A stretch of DNA of 38,852 nt from an uncultured Holosporaceae bacterium (GCA_947285985.1 CAMYPB010000001.1:1-38852); one strand, 5' to 3'; numbered from the stretch's first letter, positions 9,873-18,578 are shown. Program-made: numbers and translations. The notes: generated from the sequence alone by a model not told the origin.

Positions 9873-11599
9873 TTATCTCACTTTTTAGGAAATTATTCGA
9901 TCCTCTGAGAAAAGGATTTAAACTCTGGTATACCCAAAAAACTCATGCCGTCTTAATTGAGGTTTTGAGGAGACGTATTATAATATCCTGTGTTTTTGGA
10001 ATTATGATTTTTTCAGTCGTGTCATATAAACTCGCAGATATAATGATCATACACAACAATCCTTCAATTTCAAAAAAAATTTCACGAAATGAAGATGATC
10101 CTGTTATAAAAGCTGATATACTCGATCGCAATGGGGAAATCATTGCAACATCCGTCGTGACGGCATCATGTTATGCGGATCCATCCGTTATACTCGATAT
10201 AAATGAAGCTAGTGAAATTTTGTCTAAAATGCCAGGCTTCCCAACAAAAGATAAAATTAAACAAAAATTGAAGGATAGAAATAAACATTTCGTTTGGATC
10301 TCAAGACATGTCGCTCCAAAACTCCAGCAGGATATTCTCGATCTTGGAATTCCTGGAATATTCTTCAAAAAGGATTATAAAAGAATATATCCGCAAGGAG
10401 AATTGTTCTCTCATGTTGTGGGGTGTACGGATATCGATGGAAATGGAATATGTGGAATAGAGAAGAAATTCAATAACGAACTCATAACAAACTCTATTTC
10501 TGAGAGGAATCTAAGATTGAGCTTGGATATGAGGATTCAGGCGATTATCCACGAAGAACTCAAAAATGCAGTTGAAAAATACAAGGCAATCGGAGGAAAT
10601 GCGATTGTCATGAATATGAAGGGAGAGATTATTTCGATGGTTTCCCTCCCTGATTTTGATCCAAACAATCTCCGTCAGGAGGATGTCGTCTCAATGTTCA
10701 ATCGCAATACGCTTGGAGCTTATGAACCAGGGTCGACCTTTAAAATTTTAAATATTTCAATCGCCCTTGAAAAAGGGACCGCAAAAATAAATAGTATGTT
10801 CGATGCGACGACTCCAATTCGTATTGGAAGGTTTTTTATAAAAGATTTCAAGGGAAAAAATAGGGCTCTCTCCCTCGCAGAAGCGTTCGTTTTCTCATCG
10901 AATATCGCGGCCGTCAAAATTTCTCAGACATTTGGACCATCCGTTCAAAAGGAGTTTATGAAGAAATTTGGGATACTCGATAGAGTTAGCCTCGAAATTC
11001 CAGAGATTGGAAGTCCGATCGTTCCATCGAATTGGTGTGAGGCGTCTTCCTGGACGATTTCTTATGGGTATGGAGTTTCAGTCTCTCCAATCCAATTGTT
11101 AACGGCCGTCTCATCGATCGTGAATAATGGAAACAAAATTCATCCGACCCTTATATACGGGAGATCTTTCAATGAAAATTCTCAACAGATGATGAATCAC
11201 AAAGTCGTCTCAAATGAGGTATCCTCAATCGTACGCGAACTTATGAGGGCCGTTGTGAAATTTGGAACCGCGAAAAAAGCGAATGTTGAAGGTTGTGAAA
11301 TTTTTGGGAAAACGGGAACAGCATACAAAATCTCGAAAAAAGGATATGGATCAGACAAAAATAGAGCGCGTATAACGACATTTCTTGGAGGTTTCCCAAA
11401 AAATAATCCAAAATATATGATAATCGTTATGCTAGACGATCCAAAACCTATAGAAGGAACATACGGATATTCAACGGCAGGATGGAACGCAGCTCCAACA
11501 GCCGGTCAAATCCTCAAAAGAATAGTTCCATTATTAAATGATGATCCAGAAGAAGAAGAAAGTGAACTTCAAGTTGCCAAGTATATAAATCTCGGGTAA
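9869..11599 (+). CDS. ftsI: Penicillin-binding protein 3 / FtsI transpeptidase
   Basis: GTG start overlapping the ftsL stop, an N-terminal TM helix, and the motifs STFK (EPGSTFK), SSN and KTGT. Confidence 0.92.
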   Translation: MIISLFRKLFDPLRKGFKLWYTQKTHAVLIEVLRRRIIISCVFGIMIFSVVSYKLADIMIIHNNPSISKKISRNEDDPVIKADILDRNGEIIATSVVTASCYADPSVILDINEASEILSKMPGFPTKDKIKQKLKDRNKHFVWISRHVAPKLQQDILDLGIPGIFFKKDYKRIYPQGELFSHVVGCTDIDGNGICGIEKKFNNELITNSISERNLRLSLDMRIQAIIHEELKNAVEKYKAIGGNAIVMNMKGEIISMVSLPDFDPNNLRQEDVVSMFNRNTLGAYEPGSTFKILNISIALEKGTAKINSMFDATTPIRIGRFFIKDFKGKNRALSLAEAFVFSSNIAAVKISQTFGPSVQKEFMKKFGILDRVSLEIPEIGSPIVPSNWCEASSWTISYGYGVSVSPIQLLTAVSSIVNNGNKIHPTLIYGRSFNENSQQMMNHKVVSNEVSSIVRELMRAVVKFGTAKKANVEGCEIFGKTGTAYKISKKGYGSDKNRARITTFLGGFPKNNPKYMIIVMLDDPKPIEGTYGYSTAGWNAAPTAGQILKRIVPLLNDDPEEEESELQVAKYINLG

Positions 11600-11631
11600 T
11601 ACTTTGTATATACTTTCTCCTTCATAAATGA

Positions 11632-11658
11632 TTGTCAAAATTTTTATATTGGTATAAT
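11632..11658 (+). promoter_or_regulatory. Putative extended -10 promoter upstream of the zinc-ribbon gene and trpS
   Basis: TTGTCA (11632-11637), a 15-nt spacer, then TGG-TATAAT (11650-11658). Confidence 0.35.
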
Positions 11659-11694
11659 ATTTATTTATTATATTTTTTTTAAGAGATTGTTATT

Positions 11695-11997
11695 ATGAAA
11701 TTGGAATGGGGAAAGAAAGTAACTTGTCCTGCGTGTGCTATGCATTTTTATGATATGATGAAATCTCCAGCTGTTTGTCCACACTGCGGGAATACGTTCG
11801 ATACAATGGAAATCAAATCACGTCGCAGACTCGATGAAAAAATTGAGGAAGACAATATGAATGCGGATTTTGAATTTGATGTCTCTTCAGATGACGATAT
11901 CGTGATGACAGACGAGGCGGATAGTTTGGACGACGATCTCGATACAAATCTGAATGTCTCGAAAAATCCACGTAATAATCTTTCTGAAATGGAATAA
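11695..11997 (+). CDS. TIGR02300-type zinc-ribbon protein with acidic tail (FYDLN_acid family)
   Basis: Contains WGKKVTCPACAMHFYDMMKSPAVCPHCGNTF followed by a Asp/Glu-rich C-terminus. This family is characteristic of alphaproteobacteria. Confidence 0.75.
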   Translation: MKLEWGKKVTCPACAMHFYDMMKSPAVCPHCGNTFDTMEIKSRRRLDEKIEEDNMNADFEFDVSSDDDIVMTDEADSLDDDLDTNLNVSKNPRNNLSEME

Positions 11998-12005
11998 CTA
12001 TATAT

Positions 12006-13010
12006 ATGATGACTAAAAACAAAGATATAGTTTTAACGGGAGATAGACCAACAGGTCATCTTCATCTCGGGCATTATGTTGGATCTCTTCGAAATAGACT
12101 CTCTCTTCAAGAGCAATATAAATGTTATGTCATGATCGCGGACGTTCAGGCCCTCTCCGATAATTTTGAAAACCCCAAAAAAGTTATCGAAAATGTGAGG
12201 GAAGTCTGTCGAGATTATCTAGCAGTTGGAATTGATCCTCAAAAATGTTGTATTTTTATACAGTCTATGATTCCAGAACTTTCTGAATTATCGATGTATT
12301 ATATGAATCTCGTCTCTCTTTCGAGACTCGAGAGAAATCCAACCGTTAAATCAGAACTCCAGCAGAAATCATTTTCAGATTCGATTCCCGTGGGATTTTT
12401 GTGTTATCCAATAAGTCAGGCATCCGATATAACGGCCTTTAAATCAACTTTGATCCCCGTTGGAGAAGATCAACTCCCAATGATCGAACTCTCCAACGAA
12501 ATTGTCAGGAGATTCAATCGTATATACAACACGGATATACTCGTTGAATCGAAGGCTGTTTTGAGTCATGTTCAAAGACTCGTTGGAATCGATGGAAAAG
12601 CGAAGGCAAGCAAATCCCTGAACAACGCGATTTTTATGTCTGATTCAAAGGATACTATCAAAAAGAAGGTCTATGAGATGTATACCGATCCCCTTCATAT
12701 AAAGGTTTCTGATCCAGGACATGTCGAAGGAAACGTCGTCTTCTCGTATCTCGATGCTTTCTTCGATGACAAGGATGAACTCGAATCATTGAAAAAGCAG
12801 TATACAAAAGGGGGACTTGGAGATTCCGTCTTGAAATCCCTCCTAAACGATACACTTCAAAATATGCTCTCTCCTATCCGCGAGAAAAGAGAGTCTATAG
12901 ATGACGACCTCGTGATGGATATCCTTCAAACAGGATCAAAAAACGCACAAAAAATCGCCTCTGAAACATTGCGTGAAGTTCGAGATGCAATTGGTATAAA
13001 TTATTTCTAA
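12006..13010 (+). CDS. trpS: Tryptophan--tRNA ligase
   Basis: Motifs TGDRPTGHLHLGHYVG (HIGH) and KASKS, in a 334-aa protein. Confidence 0.96.
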   Translation: MMTKNKDIVLTGDRPTGHLHLGHYVGSLRNRLSLQEQYKCYVMIADVQALSDNFENPKKVIENVREVCRDYLAVGIDPQKCCIFIQSMIPELSELSMYYMNLVSLSRLERNPTVKSELQQKSFSDSIPVGFLCYPISQASDITAFKSTLIPVGEDQLPMIELSNEIVRRFNRIYNTDILVESKAVLSHVQRLVGIDGKAKASKSLNNAIFMSDSKDTIKKKVYEMYTDPLHIKVSDPGHVEGNVVFSYLDAFFDDKDELESLKKQYTKGGLGDSVLKSLLNDTLQNMLSPIREKRESIDDDLVMDILQTGSKNAQKIASETLREVRDAIGINYF

Positions 13011-13028
13011 ATTTTCGTTGATTTTTAT

Positions 13029-13754
13029 ATGTTTTTAATTACATTTGTGAGTATATTTCCAGAGATATTTCCAGGGGCCCTCTCTTTCGGACTCTCTGGA
13101 AAATCCCTCGGAAAATTGTGGGATTATAGGACGGTTGATATCAGAGAATTCGCGAATGATAAACATAGGACAGTCGATGATACGCCATATGGAGGAGGAG
13201 CGGGGATGATCATGAAACCCGATATCATTCATATGGCCCTCTTGAAAGCCCTCTCATTTTATGAAAATACTCCACAAATTTTATATATGACACCCCATGG
13301 GAAAACTCTCTCTCAGAAAATCGTTATGGAAATTATGGAGGGGAATGACAATGGAATTATTTTCCTATGCGGACGATATGAAGGAATCGATCAGAGGGTC
13401 ATCGATTTTTGGATCGAAAATCACAATATGATTCAAATAAGTGTTGGGGATTATATCCTCTTTGGAGGGGAGATTCCATCCCTCATCGTTTCGGATGCAT
13501 GTCTTCGTTTTGTGAGGGGAATCATGAATAACTCAAACTCAACGGAAATCGAAAGTTTCTCGAATAATCTCCTCGAATATCCGCAGTATACGAAACCGAG
13601 AGTATGGAATAATATGAACGTTCCAGATGTTCTCATCTCAGGGCATCATGAAAATATCGATAAATGGAAATTAATCCAGTCTGAAAAAATAACACAAAAA
13701 AATAGACCAGACCTCTTCGAAAAATATATCTCCTCAAAGAAATCAAAAGTTTAG
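13029..13754 (+). CDS. trmD: tRNA (guanine37-N1)-methyltransferase
   Basis: Motifs CGRYEGIDQRVID and SVGDYILFGGE, with a TrmD-like N-terminus IFPEIFPG. Confidence 0.95.
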   Translation: MFLITFVSIFPEIFPGALSFGLSGKSLGKLWDYRTVDIREFANDKHRTVDDTPYGGGAGMIMKPDIIHMALLKALSFYENTPQILYMTPHGKTLSQKIVMEIMEGNDNGIIFLCGRYEGIDQRVIDFWIENHNMIQISVGDYILFGGEIPSLIVSDACLRFVRGIMNNSNSTEIESFSNNLLEYPQYTKPRVWNNMNVPDVLISGHHENIDKWKLIQSEKITQKNRPDLFEKYISSKKSKV

Positions 13755-13842
13755 AATAGACCTCATCTCAAATCTGAAGTATAATATAAATTGCAATCTG
13801 GATGAACGAAATTGTACGCTTCGTTCTATATTTGTCTGTTTT

Positions 13843-13879
13843 GACGACCAAAATAGATTGCCTGGTCGTCGTTTTTTTT
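13843..13879 (+). terminator. Rho-independent terminator in the trmD-rplS spacer
   Basis: Perfect 8-bp GC-rich stem GACGACCA (13843-13850) / TGGTCGTC (13863-13870), followed by G and T8. Confidence 0.7.
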
Positions 13880-14003
13880 AAAATTATGGACAAATGCAAA
13901 ATAGAACGAATATCACAATTGAAAATGATTGTGCTGTGTCGATTGTGATGTATAGAATTCTTCATTTGTATAAAATATTTTTAAATTTATGGAGTATGAA
14001 ATT

Positions 14004-14372
14004 ATGAATCTGCTACAACAGATCGAACAAGAACAGATTGAAAAATTAACCGCAGGAAAAACTATACCAAGCTTTAGACCAGGAGATACTGTCAATGTCC
14101 TCGTCAAAGTTATTGAAGGGGGAAAAGAAAGACAACAATCTTTCAAAGGAATCGTGATCGGACGTAAGAATCGAGGAATCAACTCTTCATTTAGAGTTCG
14201 CAAAATCTCAAATGGTGAGGGTGTTGAAAGATTGTTCCATCTCTATTCCCCAAATATCCAAATCCAAGTCGTGAAACACGGAAAAGTTCGTCGTGCGAAA
14301 TTATATTATCTAAGAGAAAGAACTGGAAAAAGTGCACGTATCGTCGAAAAGAAACGTAACGACGAAATGTAA
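14004..14372 (+). CDS. rplS: 50S ribosomal protein L19
   Basis: Contains [11 protein letters not shown]...[39 protein letters not shown] lies 9 nt upstream of ATG 14004. The track ORF starts at 13989. Confidence 0.95.
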   Translation: MNLLQQIEQEQIEKLTAGKTIPSFRPGDTVNVLVKVIEGGKERQQSFKGIVIGRKNRGINSSFRVRKISNGEGVERLFHLYSPNIQIQVVKHGKVRRAKLYYLRERTGKSARIVEKKRNDEM

Positions 14373-14406
14373 TTCCAAACTTTCGTATATTTTTGTTTAT
14401 GAATCT

Positions 14407-14437
14407 TCTTATGATCTATCTCATAAGAATATTTTTT
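14407..14437 (+). terminator. rplS terminator
   Basis: Perfect 8-bp stem TCTTATGA (14407-14414) / TCATAAGA (14421-14428), followed by ATATTTTTT. Confidence 0.7.
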
Positions 14438-14540
14438 CTAATATAATTTCAAAAATATCGCATCATCTGGATATTTTTTATTTAATTCCACAAGATAATT
14501 TGATATAATATTTCAAAAATAATATTTATACTATGGTTAT

Positions 14541-15287
14541 ATGAATATAAATAAAATTATCCTCCCTATAATACTCGCCTATTCTTCAGTTTTTCAAAGT
14601 TCTTTCTCCATGAATAATCAAGATATTGTTGCTAATAATCATTATAGCGTTGATATCACAATGGATGAAACAGTCCTCCAAAGAATCACATTTCCTCATA
14701 TGAAATGTCCATATCCAATCTTCTATTATAAACCTCATCAACAATTGCAAGATTTGACGAAAGAATTCTTTTTTTCTCTCGATAGAGGTATGCGAAATAT
14801 TTTCAGGAGAGCATTCTATAAAAATGGAAAACTAATATGCAATCAGTTGAACGTTATGTATGGTATCACGAATACAATCTTCGAAAATATGTTTAGTTCT
14901 CTTTCAAAGTTTTTCCATAAAAATTGCTCCATGACGAGAAAATATGAGTATAACGATGATCATCACTCTCAAAGAAAATATATATTCGATTGTTATTTGG
15001 ATGGTGTTGTGAATCAAAATAAAGACAATGTACATAGTGAATTCATCACAACTCAGTTCATAAGAGGATATAACATGCACGAAAAAACAAGGACAACAAA
15101 ACAGAGGTTTTTCATTTATCCTGCTATTGTTGTTGATCCCCATAAATTCGATGACAAACTTCCAAACGATTTGTATATGGATTTGGCGTATACAATGGAA
15201 GTTATGTGGTATATGCTCTCCCTCATGAAAGCTGATACGAGTTATATGAGGATACATATCAATAAACCTGTCATCAAATTTTTATAG
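14541..15287 (+). CDS. Hypothetical secreted protein (orphan)
   Basis: 248-aa ORF with signal peptide MNINKIILPIILAYSSVFQSSFS. I recognise no family. It is followed by a strong hairpin terminator. Confidence 0.6.
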   Translation: MNINKIILPIILAYSSVFQSSFSMNNQDIVANNHYSVDITMDETVLQRITFPHMKCPYPIFYYKPHQQLQDLTKEFFFSLDRGMRNIFRRAFYKNGKLICNQLNVMYGITNTIFENMFSSLSKFFHKNCSMTRKYEYNDDHHSQRKYIFDCYLDGVVNQNKDNVHSEFITTQFIRGYNMHEKTRTTKQRFFIYPAIVVDPHKFDDKLPNDLYMDLAYTMEVMWYMLSLMKADTSYMRIHINKPVIKFL

Positions 15288-15301
15288 TATATATTAAGAT
15301 C

Positions 15302-15361
15302 GATCTAATTATTTCGAAGCGCTTCAAATATATAGAAATAATTAGATCATCGTTTTTTTTT
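15302..15361 (+). terminator. Long hairpin terminator between the convergent orphan gene and capsid gene
   Basis: Perfect 14-bp inverted repeat GATCTAATTATTTC (15302-15315) / GAAATAATTAGATC (15335-15348). It encloses the palindrome GAAGCGCTTC and is followed by a T-run at 15353-15361. Confidence 0.6.
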
Positions 15362-16367
15362 ATTTATCAGAACGCAGGGCTTTGATCGCGTTGAAGTTCA
15401 CAACGTCTCCCCCTATGAATTTTGTCGCATAAAATTCAATGAAAGGTTTGGCATTGTATGGATCCTTCAATAATTTTATCTCAGGTTTTTCTGCAATTTG
15501 GTATCCCTCATAGAAATTACCAAACAAAACGGGGGTCGTTGGTTCAGAAATAGATAATCTATCCATATCATCGGATATAACAACAGGATATCCAAGGAGT
15601 GTGTCAGGAGTTCCTGAGAGTATTGAATTTTGCCAGACAAATCTTCCAGTCGTTTCATCCTTGATATTCTTTATGGCGGATGCCGCATTCCTCGACATAA
15701 GCCAGACAGCATTATTCAAATATTCGGAAGGAAGAAGTTCCATAACATTCACAAGTTGATTATAGCTATTGATCTTTCCGTATTCCCCCGTTTTGATCGC
15801 CTCTATCTTCCCATGTTCAAATCCACTATACGAAAATCCGTATGTCAGAATTCCTCTTGGTTCTGATATCCCATCCCCCTTCAAAAATGCTTTATTTTCA
15901 AGGGCTGCCATATGAGTTATGATTCTATTATTAATGAATTCCTCAATCTTCGATTCAGAGTCTTCGAGGATCATCTGAGTCACCCTCGGACGAGCAAATA
16001 ACTGATGAAGATTTATAGTTTTCCTCATTATATTGTTTGAGGGCTCCTTCATACATTCATTGTCCTTCACCCATCCTGATGTGTTTTTTGAGTCTAGATC
16101 AACGATAACATCGATCTTGTCGAATGATGTATACTGTATGTTCGCGATCGATTTTATGGGACTCAATATCTTGATCTTCTCATCAATACTATTCAAAACA
16201 TCGTTTGGAACATAAAATGAATCATTGTCAACTCCCTCTAAATTTCCCCTCAAAAAATCACAGAATTGCTTTATATCAAGGGACGTGTTCGTTCTTTCTG
16301 TTATGGGTCTATTGATTGATATATTTTCGTTATTGTTATTCATCATATCCGTCATATTTGTATTCAT
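15360..16367 (-). CDS. HK97-family (GTA-type) phage major capsid protein, lacking the N-terminal delta domain
   Basis: The C-terminus LFGNFYEGYQIAEKPEIKLLKDPYNAKPFIEFYATKFIGGDVVNFNAIKAL, together with FLRGN...YVPNDVL...LSPIKSIA and KAFLKGDGISEPRGIL, matches the alphaproteobacterial GTA/HK97 capsid pattern. A strong SD AAGGAG lies 8 nt upstream of the ATG. Confidence 0.85.
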   Translation of the reverse strand: MNTNMTDMMNNNNENISINRPITERTNTSLDIKQFCDFLRGNLEGVDNDSFYVPNDVLNSIDEKIKILSPIKSIANIQYTSFDKIDVIVDLDSKNTSGWVKDNECMKEPSNNIMRKTINLHQLFARPRVTQMILEDSESKIEEFINNRIITHMAALENKAFLKGDGISEPRGILTYGFSYSGFEHGKIEAIKTGEYGKINSYNQLVNVMELLPSEYLNNAVWLMSRNAASAIKNIKDETTGRFVWQNSILSGTPDTLLGYPVVISDDMDRLSISEPTTPVLFGNFYEGYQIAEKPEIKLLKDPYNAKPFIEFYATKFIGGDVVNFNAIKALRSDK

Positions 16368-16401
16368 AATTATTTCTCCTTATTTTTTTATGTGTTGATT
16401 G

Positions 16402-16683
16402 TTAGTTTATTGGTTTTAGTATATTTATCAGATTTCGAAGTTCCGTTATTTTATTGTTTATCTCTATCCTAACTTCCGAGAGTTTTTTATTGATGGTCTT
16501 TCTATCGAGAATGAGATATCCAGACAACATATCCTGATTGATAGTAGGGGATACATCATTATTTTTTGATTTCGAATTTTTTTGATTTAGGATTTCAAAG
16601 GTTATTTTTTTCCCTTTGAGAGATGATTTAACCTCACTTTTCAAGGTGCATTGATCATTTGTTGGAATTATATTTTGTGTCAT
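16402..16683 (-). CDS. Hypothetical 93-aa protein with C-terminal coiled coil (possible scaffold/delta-domain or protease remnant)
   Basis: The same SD context as the capsid gene (AAGGAG then 8 nt). The C-terminal heptad-like KKLSEVRIEINNKITELRNLINIL resembles capsid delta-domain coils. It lies 34 nt upstream of the capsid gene in a different frame. Confidence 0.5.
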   Translation of the reverse strand: MTQNIIPTNDQCTLKSEVKSSLKGKKITFEILNQKNSKSKNNDVSPTINQDMLSGYLILDRKTINKKLSEVRIEINNKITELRNLINILKPIN

Positions 16684-16771
16684 TTTTTTTCTCCTTTATA
16701 TAATAATTGTTTTGCCTTTAATGTTATATTTTGATAGTATGATCCATATGGGATTTTGTTGTTGATCATAT

Positions 16772-16847
16772 GGTCGCATAGCTCAGTTGGTAGAGCACTG
16801 CGTTCACATCGCAGTTGTCACAGGTTCGAGTCCTGTTGCGACCACCA
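16772..16847 (+). tRNA. tRNA-Val (anticodon CAC)
   Basis: Cloverleaf: acceptor GGTCGCA/TGCGACC, D-arm GCTC-AGTTGGTA-GAGC, anticodon stem CTGCG/CGCAG with loop TTCACAT, T-arm ACAGG-TTCGAGT-CCTGT, then A73 and encoded CCA. Confidence 0.9.
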
Positions 16848-16983
16848 TATTTTTCATACATAAATCAAAAAAGTATAACTTTTTTCTTTGAAGATCTTCA
16901 GTTTTTTTGTGAAATACGTTTTTTTGCGTAGTTCATGTTTATAGTTTAATATTTTTATTTTATTCTTCGCAAATTCTTTTTTT

Positions 16984-16999
16984 GCCCATAAAATTTTAT
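16984..16999 (-). promoter_or_regulatory. Copy 3 of the 16-nt motif ATAAAATTTTATGGGC (minus strand)
   Basis: The plus strand reads GCCCATAAAATTTTAT. On the minus strand the motif is followed after 11 nt by TTGCGA, 18 nt, then TAAACT. Confidence 0.45.
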
Positions 17000-17100
17000 A
17001 TATTTTTTTATGGAGACTTGTTATTTGACGTGGACAGACATTTCAAAGGAGTGTTAGAATTGCATATATCTTGTTTTTATGAAATATACCTTTGAATTTT

Positions 17101-18558
17101 ATGATATCAAATTTTTTATCTAACAGAAGAACGAAAATAATCGCAACCCTAGGACCTTCTAGTTGTGATTATAATATAATAAAGAAATTATGTTTAGCTG
17201 GAGTCAATGTTTTTCGTTTAAATTTTTCTCATGGAAGTCATGAGGACCACAAAAAGAATGCATCCATCATAAGGGATGTTGAGAAAGAATTATCAACGTA
17301 TTTATCGATTATGATGGATCTCCAAGGTCCAAAGATAAGGATAGGAGTTTTTGAGGATGGAGAAGTCGCGTTAAAGACGGGTTCGAAGTTTATACTCGAT
17401 CTTGAGAAGGAATTTGGAAATAGTCGGAGGGTTTCTCTTCCTCATCCTGAAATCTTTCATTCTTTGAAGGAAGGAGTTGATCTCCTCCTAGACGATGGAA
17501 AAATTAGACTACAAGTTATGTCGAACGATGGAAATCATATCGAAACGAAAGTTGTTGTGGGGGGGATGATATCGAATAGGAAGGGTGTCAATATTCCAAA
17601 TGCAATTCTCCCCATAAATTCCCTCACAGAAAAAGATAAAAATGATATAAAATTAATCGATGAATTGGGGATCGATTGGGTTGCCGTTTCATTTGTTCAG
17701 ACTTCAGACGATATAATATATGCTCGCAGTCTAATGAAAAGCGATATAAAAATTATATCGAAGATTGAAAAACCTTCAGCCGTTGAAAATATAGATAAAA
17801 TTATAGATGTTTCTGATGCAATCATGATCGCGAGGGGAGATCTTGGAGTTGAAATTCCTCTCGAAACAATACCTGGGATCCAATATAAAATCGTTCGGGC
17901 GTGTCATTTGAAGAAATGTCCTGTCATTGTCGCAACCCAGATGCTCGAATCTATGAGGGAAAATGTCGTTCCAACACGTGCTGAAGTTTTGGATGTTTCA
18001 AATGCTGTATATCAAGGGGTCGACGCAGTTATGTTGTCTGCTGAGTCCGCGAGTGGGAAATATCCCGTTGAATCCGTCGATATGATGCGTCGTATAATAA
18101 TAAGTGCAGAAAATGACATAAAATCCAAAAATGTTGATATGATCATAAAATCGTGCGGTATCTCGAAGGATATGGGTGATTCTATATCAGAATCTCTATC
18201 TTATATCGTTGATGTGAAAAATATCGATATAATCGCAGCATTCACAGAATCTGGACGTACGGCCCTTGATATCTCGTCTTTCAAAACATCCTCGAACATA
18301 ATCGCTATGACAACGAATATAAAATCTGCACGTCGTATGAGTTTATATTATGGAGTGAATTCTGTGATAGTCGATGATATATACACCTTCTCTCAGATGA
18401 TTCAAATCGCAAAACAAAAGATTTTGGAGATAGAATTTGATGAGGGAATAAATAGAGAAAATTTTGCGATAATTGCAGGAGTTCCATTCAGAGAGTCTGG
18501 ATCAACGAATATACTTCATATCTGCAATATAAATTCAAATATTGAAAACAATTTTTAA
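17101..18558 (+). CDS. pyk: Pyruvate kinase
   Basis: Motifs RRTKIIATLGPSS, FRLNFSHGSHEDH, MIARGDLGVEIP and VATQMLESM. An alternative TTG start lies at 17092. Confidence 0.93.
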   Translation: MISNFLSNRRTKIIATLGPSSCDYNIIKKLCLAGVNVFRLNFSHGSHEDHKKNASIIRDVEKELSTYLSIMMDLQGPKIRIGVFEDGEVALKTGSKFILDLEKEFGNSRRVSLPHPEIFHSLKEGVDLLLDDGKIRLQVMSNDGNHIETKVVVGGMISNRKGVNIPNAILPINSLTEKDKNDIKLIDELGIDWVAVSFVQTSDDIIYARSLMKSDIKIISKIEKPSAVENIDKIIDVSDAIMIARGDLGVEIPLETIPGIQYKIVRACHLKKCPVIVATQMLESMRENVVPTRAEVLDVSNAVYQGVDAVMLSAESASGKYPVESVDMMRRIIISAENDIKSKNVDMIIKSCGISKDMGDSISESLSYIVDVKNIDIIAAFTESGRTALDISSFKTSSNIIAMTTNIKSARRMSLYYGVNSVIVDDIYTFSQMIQIAKQKILEIEFDEGINRENFAIIAGVPFRESGSTNILHICNINSNIENNF

Positions 18559-18578
18559 AGAAGGTACACAATACAAAG

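Larger units (their letters stand above)
15360..16683 (-). mobile_element. Degenerate GTA/prophage head-module remnant (capsid plus one small upstream ORF only)
   Basis: There is a capsid gene but no portal, protease, terminase or tail genes in the flanks. It is bounded by the hairpin at 15302-15348 and by tRNA-Val. Confidence 0.5.

Noticed and set aside
15360-16367. The capsid-like gene as a bona fide encapsulin with the upstream ORF as cargo
   Set aside because: The sequence signatures match phage/GTA HK97 capsids (the DPYNAKPFIEFYATKFIGGDV block), not encapsulin families I know. The 93-aa ORF has no recognisable cargo enzyme or targeting-peptide motif. I keep this only as a speculative direction under the capsid finding.
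16741-16773. Short direct repeat GATC(C)ATATGG just 5' of tRNA-Val as a phage att-site scar
   Set aside because: It is only ~10 nt, imperfect and AT-rich. There is no matching copy at the other end of the capsid module.
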